A stretch of DNA of 63,570 nucleotides, the filler included, from Octopus bimaculoides (taxonomy: Eukaryota): NCBI RefSeq assembly GCF_001194135.2. It is 6 parts of 6 records of this genome, joined end to end, with 100 filler letters (N's around TTAATTAATTAA, not from the genome) between each part and the next. Parts side by side here need not be neighbours in the genome. Positions count along the whole stretch, not along the records: positions 1 to 18,988 come from NC_068994.1; positions 19,089 to 34,217 come from NC_069000.1; 4 more parts are not named here. One strand, given 5' to 3'. Below, in pieces: positions 13,096-25,462 of the stretch. How positions within the stretch are numbered: position 1 is the first letter of the stretch; each line of letters opens with the position of its first letter. The notes under the pieces were generated by a model. It worked only from the letters and a program-made list of their open reading frames with translations, was not told the DNA's origin and did no database searches. Made by a program: the position numbers and the translations under genes.

Positions 13096-13705
13096 TTGTG
13101 TGTGTGCGTGTACACATAAATATTATATATATATGTATCCATATATGTATGTATGTGTATGTTTACTGTGATCAAACACTCTAGTGACTTCAATGAGGCT
13201 GGTGCAGTTCTGCATTAGCAAGACATATATCAAGTAGTGTAACTGATAAAGTACAATGGACTTAGTAGAAAATGTGTGTGAGAGAGAGAGAAAGAGAGAG
13301 TATGTGTGGGTGTATGTATATGTTTGTTTCCTTGCCTCAACATCATGTGATATTTGTAAATGATTGGCACTGTCACACAAGCAATGTCATTGATTTCCAA
13401 AATCCTGTGAAAGCATGTCTGATCATAGAGATATATAGAGGACATCTAGTTTGTAGAAAATCTACCTTATAATCTACCCAATTCATGTAATGATGGGTGA
13501 AAAGTGGATGTTAAAGCAACAATTAAGCCTTGGGGTTGCACTCAGCTTCCCAGCTGATAAGGAGTATAGGAACCAATGTAAGAGACATTGAAAGAATACA
13601 GAGAGTCAGGTGTACCTAGTGGTTATAACAGAAGATTTGTCTAGCAGTTTGTCAGACAGATGGTCTTACTTCTCTTGAGTAAACAACTGGCCTTTTGCCA
13701 AAGCA

Positions 13706-13749
<44 letters not shown>

Positions 13750-13751
13750 TG

Positions 13752-13781
<30 letters not shown>
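13706..13781. repeat. (TAA)n microsatellite
   Basis: Near-pure TAA run. Confidence 0.95.
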
Positions 13782-13785
<4 letters not shown>

Positions 13786-14443
13786 CATAAATAAATGAAT
13801 GAATCACAAAAATCAATAACTAACAATATCAAATATATTTTGTTAAACAACATAATGTTTCTGATTACATCCATTATATTTAGACTTAATCATTATACAT
13901 TTGTTTCATGTTTTTCATTTCACTATAATAATTGTTAATATATGTTTTTGTCTTATTCCTTATCTATATTTTATTTTTTATATTAACTATCTTCGTTACA
14001 TTTTTATCTTTTTTTTTTTCTAATTTACTGTGATATCACTGTTTACTTTGACCAATAAAATTATAATAACTCATTCACTCCTGCCCCTGTCAACTTAATG
14101 TCTGCCAGAAACAAAAAAAATGTAGGTATACATATATAAAAAAGAAATTAACAAAACAATTATTGAAAACTGTTTCAGTATTTATGATTATTTTGCACTC
14201 AATTGTGATTTGATCAGTTGAACTATATCTGGAACAACCAGAATATATTTCCTTACTACTCAAATACTATAACAGAATGCAAAAACACTTAACTGATAAT
14301 ATAATGCATACACACGTACATACAACAGTAGGCTTATATACATATGTATATGTATGCTTATATACGTATGTATATGTATGTGTGTGTATTTATATAATAT
14401 ATATAACAATATTTGTATGTATGTATATATACATATATGTGTA

Positions 14444-14500
<57 letters not shown>

Positions 14501-14503
<3 letters not shown>

Positions 14504-14719
14504 ATTTAAAAGCAGCAGAAATATAACAAAAAAAACGTTACTCCGAGTTTCACGTTCCCGTTCTTCTAACAAAACTGTCCGATGAACGGGAACGTGAAAC
14601 TCGGAGTAACGGTTTTTTTGTTATATTTCTGCTGCTTTTAAATAAAGCATATTACTCTACCTCTGATATTTGAGTACTCTTTTTTCCACCTTGTTGCACA
14701 TACCATGTGCTTACTCCGG

Positions 14720-14720
<1 letters not shown>
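14501..14720 (+). mobile_element. Penelope-like terminal-repeat remnant with inverted duplication (63 bp arms, 20 nt spacer)
   Basis: 14501-14563 is the near-perfect reverse complement of 14584-14646. The right arm carries a hammerhead motif. Inverted terminal segments containing hammerheads are typical of PLEs. Confidence 0.65.
14574..14613 (+). ncRNA. Minimal type I hammerhead ribozyme motif (U4C variant)
   Basis: ACUGU / CCGAUGA / ACG-GGAA-CGU / GAAA / CUC-G-GAG / UA / ACGGU. All three helices pair, and the core differs from CUGANGA only at position 4. Confidence 0.7.
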
Positions 14721-14757
<37 letters not shown>

Positions 14758-15220
14758 CATATATAAGTATATATGTGTGTTTATATATATATATCTATGT
14801 ACATGTATATATATTTATATATGCATATATATATATATACATATATATATATATGTGTGTGTGCTTATGTATATATTTACATAAATACAACCATACACAT
14901 AGAATAGTGTGTATTTAAATTACAATTCTTTTCATGGTTGGTGTTCAGTAGCATCAAGTGGTCTTTACATAGAAGACAATGTGACTGACCGAGTCTAAGT
15001 GAAACCGTTTACCAATAAATATGGTATTTGAACACACAGAGATAGAATTACAGATACATTAACTAAATATACAACTAGATAATTCATTGTCATATATTCA
15101 GAACTGTAAACAGATGATACAGAAACATTGCCGTAAATGTTAAACTAATTCAACAAACACAGTTTATAGACACTTGATGGATGTTATATGGCTCCATTTA
15201 TATGTGTGTATGTATGTATG

Positions 15221-15311
<91 letters not shown>

Positions 15312-16319
15312 NNNNNNNNNNNNNNNNNNNNNNNNNNNNNNNNNNNNNNNNNNNNNNNNNNNNNNNNNNNNNNNNNNNNNNNNNNNNNNNNNNNNNNNNN
15401 NNNNNNNNNNNNNNNNNNNNNNNNNNNNNNNNNNNNNNNNNNNNNNNNNNNNNNNNNNNNNNNNNNNNNNNNNNNNNNNNNNNNNNNNNNNNNNNNNNNN
15501 NNNNNNNNNNNNNNNNNNNNNNNNNNNNNNNNNNNNNNNNNNNNNNNNNNNNNNNNNNNNNNNNNNNNNNNNNNNNNNNNNNNNNNNNNNNNNNNNNNNN
15601 NNNNNNNNNNNNNNNNNNNNNNNNNNNNNNNNNNNNNNNNNNNNNNNNNNNNNNNNNNNNNNNNNNNNNNNNNNNNNNNNNNNNNNNNNNNNNNNNNNNN
15701 NNNNNNNNNNNNNNNNNNNNNNNNNNNNNNNNNNNNNNNNNNNNNNNNNNNNNNNNNNNNNNNNNNNNNNNNNNNNNNNNNNNNNNNNNNNNNNNNNNNN
15801 NNNNNNNNNNNNNNNNNNNNNNNNNNNNNNNNNNNNNNNNNNNNNNNNNNNNNNNNNNNNNNNNNNNNNNNNNNNNNNNNNNNNNNNNNNNNNNNNNNNN
15901 NNNNNNNNNNNNNNNNNNNNNNNNNNNNNNNNNNNNNNNNNNNNNNNNNNNNNNNNNNNNNNNNNNNNNNNNNNNNNNNNNNNNNNNNNNNNNNNNNNNN
16001 NNNNNNNNNNNNNNNNNNNNNNNNNNNNNNNNNNNNNNNNNNNNNNNNNNNNNNNNNNNNNNNNNNNNNNNNNNNNNNNNNNNNNNNNNNNNNNNNNNNN
16101 NNNNNNNNNNAAGGGACCCATCCCCTCAAGTTTGAGAATTTTTTATTCACTTCTGGATGAATGAATTAATTATTTCAGCCTGGCTGTGTTTGTAGGCAGC
16201 TGAAAAAAATACTTTTAACAAAAAAAAAAAAAATTTAATGACAGCACTGTAGTTGTGGGTGGGTCCCCTTAGTCTCCTGAGTCTCCTGACAACCAATATT
16301 TTTAGACCCAGTCTGCCAC

Positions 16320-16351
<32 letters not shown>

Positions 16352-16879
16352 TGTGTATTATATATATCTATATCTATCTATCTATATCTATATATATATA
16401 TGTTTGTGTGTATGTGTATTTATATATGTGTAACTATCATCAATGTCATCATCATTCTATGTTCATTTATCCCTGCTGAGATACTGGATGCATCTCATAT
16501 CTCAACACTTGTTGCAGTCCTTCATCATCTGCTACAAACAGCAATGATGGGGTGGTGTAACTGGCAAGCTCTTAAAGAGAGTAGGAGAGAAAGAGGTTGA
16601 GAAAAAAGAAAGAGAGGAAAACGGAGACAGAGAGAATGAGAATAAGTTTTTAAAATGAGAGATAATCGACTGGTTGATTAACTCAACCATGGATAATGTC
16701 CTGGACATCCAGCAGAGCAGACGACAGTTTGTATCCGGTCACTCCCTAGCAATTCATATATCTTATGTTCCTGTCCATGTCACTTATCTCTCGATGGCCA
16801 AGTTCATCTAGCTCTAATTAGATGGTATTGGTAGTGCTACGGATTTGAGGAGTGGATTTCTATAATCATGTGACACAGA

Positions 16880-17028
16880 CGTGGGTGTGTTGTCAAGAAG
16901 CCTGCTTCCCAAACATGCAGTCTTGAGTTCAATCCCACTCTGCAGCACCTTGTGCAGGTGTCTTTTAATATTGCTGCAGGCCAACCAAAGCTTTGTGAGA
17001 AGATTTGTTAGATGGAAACTAAAAGAAC

Positions 17029-17030
<2 letters not shown>
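16880..17030 (+). mobile_element. tRNA-derived SINE, 5' half
   Basis: B-box-like TTGAGTTCAATCCC followed by GCCAACCAAAGCTTTGTGAG..GATTTGTTAGATGGAAACTAAAAGAA, matching 27273-27420. Confidence 0.7.
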
Positions 17031-17081
<51 letters not shown>

Positions 17082-17206
17082 TATTCAAAGGAATTCCAAA
17101 GCTGTCTGTTTTTTATGTTTTATTTATATTCTTATAATATTAATGTAGGATATAGAATATATAATATATTCAGTAAAATGAAATGAAGTATTGATTGTCT
17201 TATTGA

Positions 17207-17243
<37 letters not shown>

Positions 17244-17246
<3 letters not shown>

Positions 17247-18235
17247 TGAACTATAAAAGAAGCGTCGCACTGTAAAAGATTATTCGTTTCATACACAATA
17301 TTGAGATTATATGGATTTTATCACATTTCCAGGTAATTTGCCATCAGGAAGATGTCACTGACCCACAACACCACTCACTTTTGAAAACACAAGTATTGCA
17401 CGTAGGGTTTGAACTCTCTCACTTTTCATGTTCGCGAATGCATCTTTATGTAAAGTATGATGTATGTACAAAACTTCGACAGGCACCCAAATTTACCAGC
17501 CTGTCATTCATTTCCCAAATGCAGCAAGCATGCCAAGACTGACACAAAATTAGAGGGAACAAGCCATCAGACATCTCCATGCTGGTCAACATCCATGGGT
17601 CATTGCTAATGACTTGAATTGCAGTATTCAGACAATTGAACAGCTGAGGGAACGATACAATGCCACAAACAGCACAGATGATCATCCGCACAGTGGCCAA
17701 CTGAGGGTTATAATGGCATGGCAAGATCACCACCTGAACTGACAGCACTTGCAGGACCGATTCTGGAGGGCAACAGAATCAGCTAGGCAGACCATAGGGA
17801 CTCACCACAGACCCATTTCTGCAGAGACAGTTCACCACTGACTGAGATCTTTTAGTCTGTTTTGTTGATGTCCGGCTAGGGCCCCCGTCCTCACAAATTG
17901 TCATCGACAGGCATGTCTGCAGTGGGCTCAAAAACGTTAGAAGTGGCAACATCAGCAGTAGAGGTCAATATTGCATTTCTGTGGCAGATGGCAGAGCTAG
18001 GGTTTGGAGAAGAAGGGATGAATGTCATGCCAATGGCTGTGTGGTGAAGGGAGACACATGGGGAGAACAGAGCATCATGGTATGGGGCAGGATTGCACTC
18101 AACCAGAAACTTGGACCAGTGATCTTCCAAAACATCAGCCAAGGCAGGGCACTGGAGTAACCGCTGCTTGCTACATAGACCAAGTGTTGAGGCCTCACAT
18201 TGCGCCATACTTTGCCCATCAATGAATAATATATA
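17244..18235 (+). mobile_element. Tc1/mariner DNA transposon remnant, transposase pseudogene from 17533
   Basis: MPRLTQN*REQAIRHLHAG...LRERYNATNSTDDHPHSGQLRV...ISAETVHH*LR...GPVLTNCHRQACLQWAQ...SIMVWGRI...YIDQVLRPHIAPYF gives the paired HTH and start of the DDE domain, with several stops. A putative left end TA|CTGAAC lies at about 17244. The 3' part is missing. Confidence 0.85.
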
Positions 18236-18389
18236 GTCTATTGGCTATTTTTTTCTTCTTGCTAGACCACTGGTAGTAAATAAAATTTCTAAAATTGCTT
18301 TGCTACCCTGTGATTTATTAATAATGCTAAAATGTTTTTTGGCTAATTTCTGAAAGAAAATCAGCATTTTTTTGTATTTGCCGGCAATA

Positions 18390-18800
18390 AGGTAAACCGC
18401 ACAAGCGGTTTCCTCATTGACCACCAGATAAGGGATTGGGGGACCCTGTCAAAGGCTTTCTCCATGTCAACGAAAGCCAGGTACAGAGGTTTATCCTTGG
18501 CTAGGTATTTCTCCTGCAGCTGTCTTACTAGAAATATGGCATCAGTGGTGCTTTTACCTGGCACGAACCCAAACTGCATCTAATCTAAATTGATTCGCTC
18601 CCTAATTAGTTGGGCTATGACCTCTCCGTAATTTTCATAACCTGATCTAACAGCTCGATGCCTCTGTAATTATTTGTACCTTTGTAGCAGTTGACTATGG
18701 TGCTGCTACACCAGTCATTAGGTATGACTCCTTTGTGTATCACCTGGTTCGTAATACGGGTGACTAGGCTGTAGCCAACACTGCCAGATATTTTGAGCAG
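18390..18800 (-). mobile_element. RTE-clade LINE RT fragment
   Basis: NNYRGIELLDQVMKI and MQFGFVPGKSTTDAIFLVRQLQEKYLAKDKPLYLAFVDMEKAFDRVP. Confidence 0.9.
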
Positions 18801-19032
18801 CCTCATTTAGTGCAAGCGTACCATCATCCATGTGAACACATTTCTCTCCTAGCGAACACATTTCTCTCCTAATAGTGTCTTTCAAAAACATATTTGAAAC
18901 TATATCTCATGTTTAAGAAAAAAAAAAAAAGGCATTTTACATTTTACACTTCCTTACCTACATTTTCATTCCTAATATGCTTTCTGCCNNNNNNNNNNNN
19001 NNNNNNNNNNNNNNNNNNNNNNNNNNNNNNNN

Positions 19033-19044
19033 TTAATTAATTAA
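19033..19044. other. Assembly spacer TTAATTAATTAA inside N gaps (also 34262, 53564, 60566, 62373)
   Basis: The identical 12-mer, with stops in all six frames, is flanked by Ns on both sides at five places. It is a scaffolding artefact. Confidence 0.9.
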
Positions 19045-19088
19045 NNNNNNNNNNNNNNNNNNNNNNNNNNNNNNNNNNNNNNNNNNNN

Positions 19089-19135
<47 letters not shown>

Positions 19136-19170
19136 TGAGGCGGGTATGTATGGTTTCTTAGTAGCATGTA

Positions 19171-19207
<37 letters not shown>

Positions 19208-19524
19208 ATAAAGTGTATATATATGTGTGTGCGTGTGTGTGTGCGTATACATATATATATATGGGTGTGTATATATGTATGCATATATATGTATGTATGT
19301 TCGTGAGCATGTTGCGTGTGCGCGTGTGAGTGCGTGTGAGTGTGGGTGTGTGCGTGTTGTTACATTATAGCTGAAGTTAGTTACTTTTTTCATTATTCCA
19401 TGTTTCTTTGCTGGATGATAGGGGTAGGGGTGGGGGAAGAACCGACAGAATTTTAACGAAAAGATTTACTTCTCACACACAATTCTATGCATGTCTAAAT
19501 GAATATCAACGTATGTAGAAATAT

Positions 19525-19563
<39 letters not shown>

Positions 19564-19606
19564 TATGGATAAACATCTGTCTCTCTTTCTCTCTCGCTTC
19601 CCCCTC

Positions 19607-19643
<37 letters not shown>

Positions 19644-19837
19644 GTACTCGCACACACACGCTTGCTGTAGGGAGCTTGTCGTCCTTGTCAGCCACTTGTT
19701 AATAAGTGCTTCCTCGTGGCTAAGAGTTGTTCTGACTCTTATTTCTAGCAAGGCTGGTGGCACACTAGCACCCTCACTTACGTTATTGACATCTATACTT
19801 GTGCCTTGTTGGTTGTACATTGCGAATAAACCACCTT

Positions 19838-19847
19838 AATAATAACG

Positions 19848-19914
<67 letters not shown>
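19838..19914. repeat. (TAA)n microsatellite
   Basis: Pure TAA run; the source of the poly-N and poly-L pseudo-ORFs. Confidence 0.95.
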
Positions 19915-19915
<1 letters not shown>

Positions 19916-20009
19916 TTTATATATGTATATATTGTTTTGCGTGGGAGGCAGCCATTGTCCGCAGATTCATTGCAACAACTTGGTATGGCCATATCACAAA
20001 GTAAAATCA

Positions 20010-20040
<31 letters not shown>

Positions 20041-20328
20041 CATTTCTTTATTTGGTACAGGGGCGACTGATAAAGTGAGCACATTACAAAACTGTCCCTC
20101 GGCCCCAGAGACCGATTATGAGAATGCAGATATGAAAACCTTTTTGCAGAAATACGGAAAAATACCTGTAAACATCCCAAGGGAAGAAGACCAACGAATT
20201 AGGGTCAATTACGTGTGCCCCGAGTATCTACTGGCAAGCATAAGTGCCCTTTTCTGACTCTGTTCTCCGGCACACAGGCGCCAGCTGAGAGTGGACAGAT
20301 GAGTGAGTAGATAGACAGACAGACAGAC

Positions 20329-20395
<67 letters not shown>

Positions 20396-20870
20396 CGGAC
20401 AGATGGATAGATGAAACTCTTACCATGCATTGCATTTCGCAAAGAAGCATCCCAGTAACCATAGCGGTTTCCCATTTGTCCGTCAGTCAGGTCCGCACGC
20501 GAAAAGACCACTCCAGGAGAAACGATGAAGAAAAAATCTGACACTCTTTACGTGTGCCGCTTCCGAAATCAGTATAGGTGCGCGCGCGCGCGCGTGTGTG
20601 TGTGACTATATGTTTACACCCTTTACACACACACTCACGCACAAACATACATATATATAATAGATAGAGATAAGGAAATAATTTATCTATAAAACAGTGA
20701 ATCAGGCTGTCCAAAGCCACAGTGTTACCAGCAACAATGTAAACACGAGGCGATCATTTGATAAACCGCGCGATTTTTCTGTTTCTTTTTTCCTTTTTAT
20801 CTTAATTTTGCTTTCTCTCTCTCTCTCTCTCTCATTTCCGGGTGAAAAGTCCATTTGACATCGGGGTTTC

Positions 20871-21293
20871 TCATACAGAAATGCTTTTTGCCTGCTTGCA
20901 ATCAAATTCGCCGATGCATTCGTTAACCCTAACCCTTTCAGAAACACTTCCTCGCCGCTCACGTCGCTCGCGCCGTTGCCGCCTGTTGTTGTGGTTGTTG
21001 TGGTTGTTGTTGTTGCTCTCAAAATGACGGAAGATCTTTGCAATATCGTTGAAGGTGCTGCAGCTGTTTTCGGGGGCTGCTGCCGATGCAACTGTTGCTG
21101 TTTCTACTGCTATTGCTGTTGATGAGGATGATGATGATGAGGATGGTGGTGGTGGTGGAGAGTCTTGGAAATATTGTTGTAGGTGTTGTTGCAGCGGTTT
21201 CACGGAAATGTTGCTGCTGCAGCTGCTTGTGTTATTGCTGCTGTCATAGGTGTTGGTGCTGCTGTCAATTGGAGATGATACTGGTTTTAGGTC
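20871..21293 (-). CDS. Candidate terminal coding exon of an unidentified host gene
   Basis: A 140-codon open frame follows AG at 21295-21294: DLKPVSSPIDS...PPPPPSSSSS...TFNDIAKIFRHFESNNNNH...RRGSVSERVRVNECIGEFDCKQAKSISV*. The region is CpG-rich and mixes homopolymer runs with complex segments. No homology recognised. Confidence 0.35.
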   Translation of the reverse strand, partial: DLKPVSSPIDSSTNTYDSSNNTSSCSSNISVKPLQQHLQQYFQDSPPPPPSSSSSSSSTAIAVETATVASAAAPENSCSTFNDIAKIFRHFESNNNNHNNHNNRRQRRERRERRGSVSERVRVNECIGEFDCKQAKSISV

Positions 21294-21372
21294 CTACTGC
21301 CACACACACACACTTGCTTACACATATATGCATGTACATGTATGTATATATGTACGATGTATATAAATATGC

Positions 21373-21409
<37 letters not shown>

Positions 21410-21464
21410 CCTCCCTCCCACACACATATATATCATACGTATATACATACATGCATATACGCAT

Positions 21465-21523
<59 letters not shown>

Positions 21524-22242
21524 CATATACATACTTACATGTATATANNNNNNNNNNNNNNNNNNNNNNNNNNNNNNNNNNNNNNNNNNNNNNNNNNNNN
21601 NNNNNNNNNNNNNNNNNNNNNNNNNNNNNNNNNNNNNNNNNNNNNNNNNNNNNNNNNNNNNNNNNNNNNNNNNNNNNNNNNNNNNNNNNNNNNNNNNNNN
21701 NNNNNNNNNNNNNNNNNNNNNNNNNNNNNNNNNNNNNNNNNNNNNNNNNNNNNNNNNNNNNNNNNNNNNNNNNNNNNNNNNNNNNNNNNNNNNNNNNNNN
21801 NNNNNNNNNNNNNNNNNNNNNNNNNNNNNNNNNNNNNNNNNNNNNNNNNNNNNNNNNNNNNNNNNNNNNNNNNNNNNNNNNNNNNNNNNNNNNNNNNNNN
21901 NNNNNNNNNNNNNNNNNNNNNNNNNNNNNNNNNNNNNNNNNNNNNNNNNNNNNNNNNNNNNNNNNNNNNNNNNNNNNNNNNNNNNNNNNNNNNNNNNNNN
22001 NNNNNNNNNNNNNNNNNNNNNNNNNNNNNNNNNNNNNNNNNNNNNNNNNNNNNNNNNNNNNNNNNNNNNNNNNNNNNNNNNNNNNNNNNNNNNNNNNNNN
22101 NNNNNNNNNNNNNNNNNNNNNNNNNNNNNNNNNNNNNNNNNNNNNNNNNNNNNNNNNNNNNNNNNNNNNNNNNNNNNNNNNNNNNNNNNNNNNNNNNNNN
22201 NNNNNNNNNNNNTCTCTATATACATATATATATATATATATG

Positions 22243-22304
<62 letters not shown>

Positions 22305-24448
22305 TCGCAATCCTTAGCAGCAGCGCCAAGAGCAGACGCCACAACAACATTAACAAAAAAACATTACCGCATGCAACAGGTGTTATCAACAACGACCATG
22401 TCGCCATTAGCATTGTCTTACAAGCAAGGACAGCCACGGCAGGAGTAGCTGTTGTTGTTGTTGTTGTGCTGTGGTTACTAACCGTGATGAGGTTACCATG
22501 ATGAGGGAGACGATGAGGCTACACACACACAGAGGCACAGAGATATCTTTTACTCGTCTCCTGAAATACTACTTCACCATACTCCTTATATACACAGCAC
22601 ATGGGTGTGTGTAGTGTAAACATTAAAATCGTCATCTGTATATCATACTGAATGTATATACACCGTTGATAGGCAGATTACTGTAGTGTTTGTCTGCGAT
22701 AAAATTGCTTATTAACGCGTGGTGTTTAAATATTAAATACACATCGGAAGGAGACGAAAAATTTATCTCGGTTGTGGCCAGTGAGGTCAGTAGATGTTTT
22801 TCGGCATATACTAGTAGCCAGCCACATGTCCGGACGAGGTTTGCCGCCTCGGAAAAAAGAGCAATTTACTGATATTGTGCATAGCCACCCAGCTGAATAA
22901 ATAGTCTTATGTACTCAATCGAGGCAGTATTAGATCAAAATAGTCATCTGCGTTTCATACTCAATGTATAAACAGAGTTGACCGACAAGTTGCCTCCGCT
23001 TAGTAGTGGTGGTGGTAGTCATCCTGATAGCGGTGACGGTTCTAGCTGGTGTTGTTAGTATTTGTATTTCACATGCAGAAATACTCCTTTGATGTGTTTC
23101 CCTTCTGTTCCTATAGGATCATTAAATATATGTTCCTATATTTAGTGATCAGGTTTAGCTTTAAGAACCGAGTACAATGTACTTTATTGACGCTTAATAA
23201 GACCGAAACATCGCTGTGCTTTCGTTCGTTGGCAACGAGACTGAAAGACAGATAGAAATGCACAAGTATACACATACATCTCACAGCATAAGTTTGCATC
23301 TGCACATATATATAACACACTTATATATACACACACATACAGACATTCATACATAAGTATGCATTGGCAAAAACACACACATGCATACGCATACACACAC
23401 ACACACACACACACATACATACCCTCGCTTAAACACCGCATACGCGCAGGTGTGGTGTTTATTTTGGAGCAATGGCTGTCTAAATACACCTTGATAAACA
23501 TTACACTGACATCGTTAGTGGAGCGTTGAAGGTTCATAGATGCATAGGAACACACACACACACACGTACCTATGCAACCTCTTCATTAGTTCGCCATGGC
23601 TGTTTTCTTTGTGCTTTCTTGCTAAACTCCTAACTTTTTATCATTGAGCGCTCCAATCATTTCTCTTCCCATGTAATTGTGTCTCGCCTGTTTTGTGCCA
23701 ACCATTTTTTAAGAGATTTTGACGAAAACATTCAACAAGTATTCTTTCTCGTGTATTTATGTATCGACGTACATCGGTACCAAGAAATTTCTGTGCCAAT
23801 ATGTGTGAGTGCAGCAGAGTGTATGAATGTGTAACGGAAAGAGTAAATATGCAGATACGCTTCTTGCATCTATGTCTGCTGATGTGCTTGGATAAAAATG
23901 TGTTTGTATACACACATATGCACATACATACCTACATGCATACAAGTTCATATATACATATGTATGTATGCCTTTATGTATATACGTATGTATGTATGAT
24001 TGTTTCTACTTAAACATAGATATATAAATAAATAATGCAGCGTGTAATTTGAGATGGAAGAAATTACCTTTTGTAATAAACGCCATTTTAGCCACGATTT
24101 GGAAAGATAATAAATCGATTACACCAAAGTTTATTATCTCTTGTCGGAGACCAAATCGGGGATGGCTTATGACTAGTTTCTAGTCTTCTTAGACCTTCGT
24201 CGAGGAACGAATATCTATTCTCGGTCTACGGAGTGATTCCTAACTCATATTGTATACACATACTGGCATTCAGCTAAAGTATTCAGTCCAGCTCGTGCAA
24301 CATCGCACGCGTCGATTTATTTATTTCTTTATAGGGCTCTATACGGTGGTTTTGGAAATGCAGTTGCATCTTCCTTTGGGTGTGTGTAGACGAGACAACA
24401 ATGAGGCAGAAATTACTAATAACAATACATAGGGCGAACACTCACAAT

Positions 24449-24517
<69 letters not shown>

Positions 24518-25382
24518 NNNNNNNNNNNNNNNNNNNNNNNNNNNNNNNNNNNNNNNNNNNNNNNNNNNNNNNNNNNNNNNNNNNNNNNNNNNNNNNNNNN
24601 NNNNNNNNNNNNNNNNNNNNNNNNNNNNNNNNNNNNNNNNNNNNNNNNNNNNNNNNNNNNNNNNNNNNNNNNNNNNNNNNNNNNNNNNNNNNNNNNNNNN
24701 NNNNNNNNNNNNNNNNNNNNNNNNNNNNNNNNNNNNNNNNNNNNNNNNNNNNNNNNNNNNNNNNNNNNNNNNNNNNNNNNNNNNNNNNNNNNNNNNNNNN
24801 NNNNNNNNNNNNNNNNNNNNNNNNNNNNNNNNNNNNNNNNNNNNNNNNNNNNNNNNNNNNNNNNNNNNNNNNNNNNNNNNNNNNNNNNNNNNNNNNNNNN
24901 NNNNNNNNNNNNNNNNNNNNNNNNNNNNNNNNNNNNNNNNNNNNNNNNNNNNNNNNNNNNNNNNNNNNNNNNNNNNNNNNNNNNNNNNNNNNNNNNNNNN
25001 NNNNNNNNNNNNNNNNNNNNNNNNNNNNNNNNNNNNNNNNNNNNNNNNNNNNNNNNNNNNNNNNNNNNNNNNNNNNNNNNNNNNNNNNNNNNNNNNNNNN
25101 NNNNNNNNNNNNNNNNNNNNNNNNNNNNNNNNNNNNNNNNNNNNNNNNNNNNNNNNNNNNNNNNNNNNNNNNNNNNNNNNNNNNNNNNNNNNNNNNNNNN
25201 NNNNNNNNNNNNNNNNNNNNNNNNNNNNNNNNNNNNNNNNNNNNNNNNNNNNNNNNNNNNNNNNNNNNNNNNNNNNNNNNNNNNNNNNNNNNNNNNNNNN
25301 NNNNNNNNNNNNNNNNNNNNNNNNNNNNNNNNNNNNNNNNNNNNNNNNNNNNNNNNNNNNNNNNNNNNNNNNNNNNNNNNNN

Positions 25383-25462
<80 letters not shown>

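Noticed and set aside
19033-19044. TTAATTAATTAA repeated five times, resembling a regular spacer or homeodomain site
   Set aside because: It is always embedded in Ns on both sides and is an all-frame-stop scaffolding pad.
24165-24215. Minus-strand (C)UCGACGA…GAAA-CUAG-UC hammerhead-like motif with palindromic stem III
   Set aside because: The core has an insertion and stem I does not pair.
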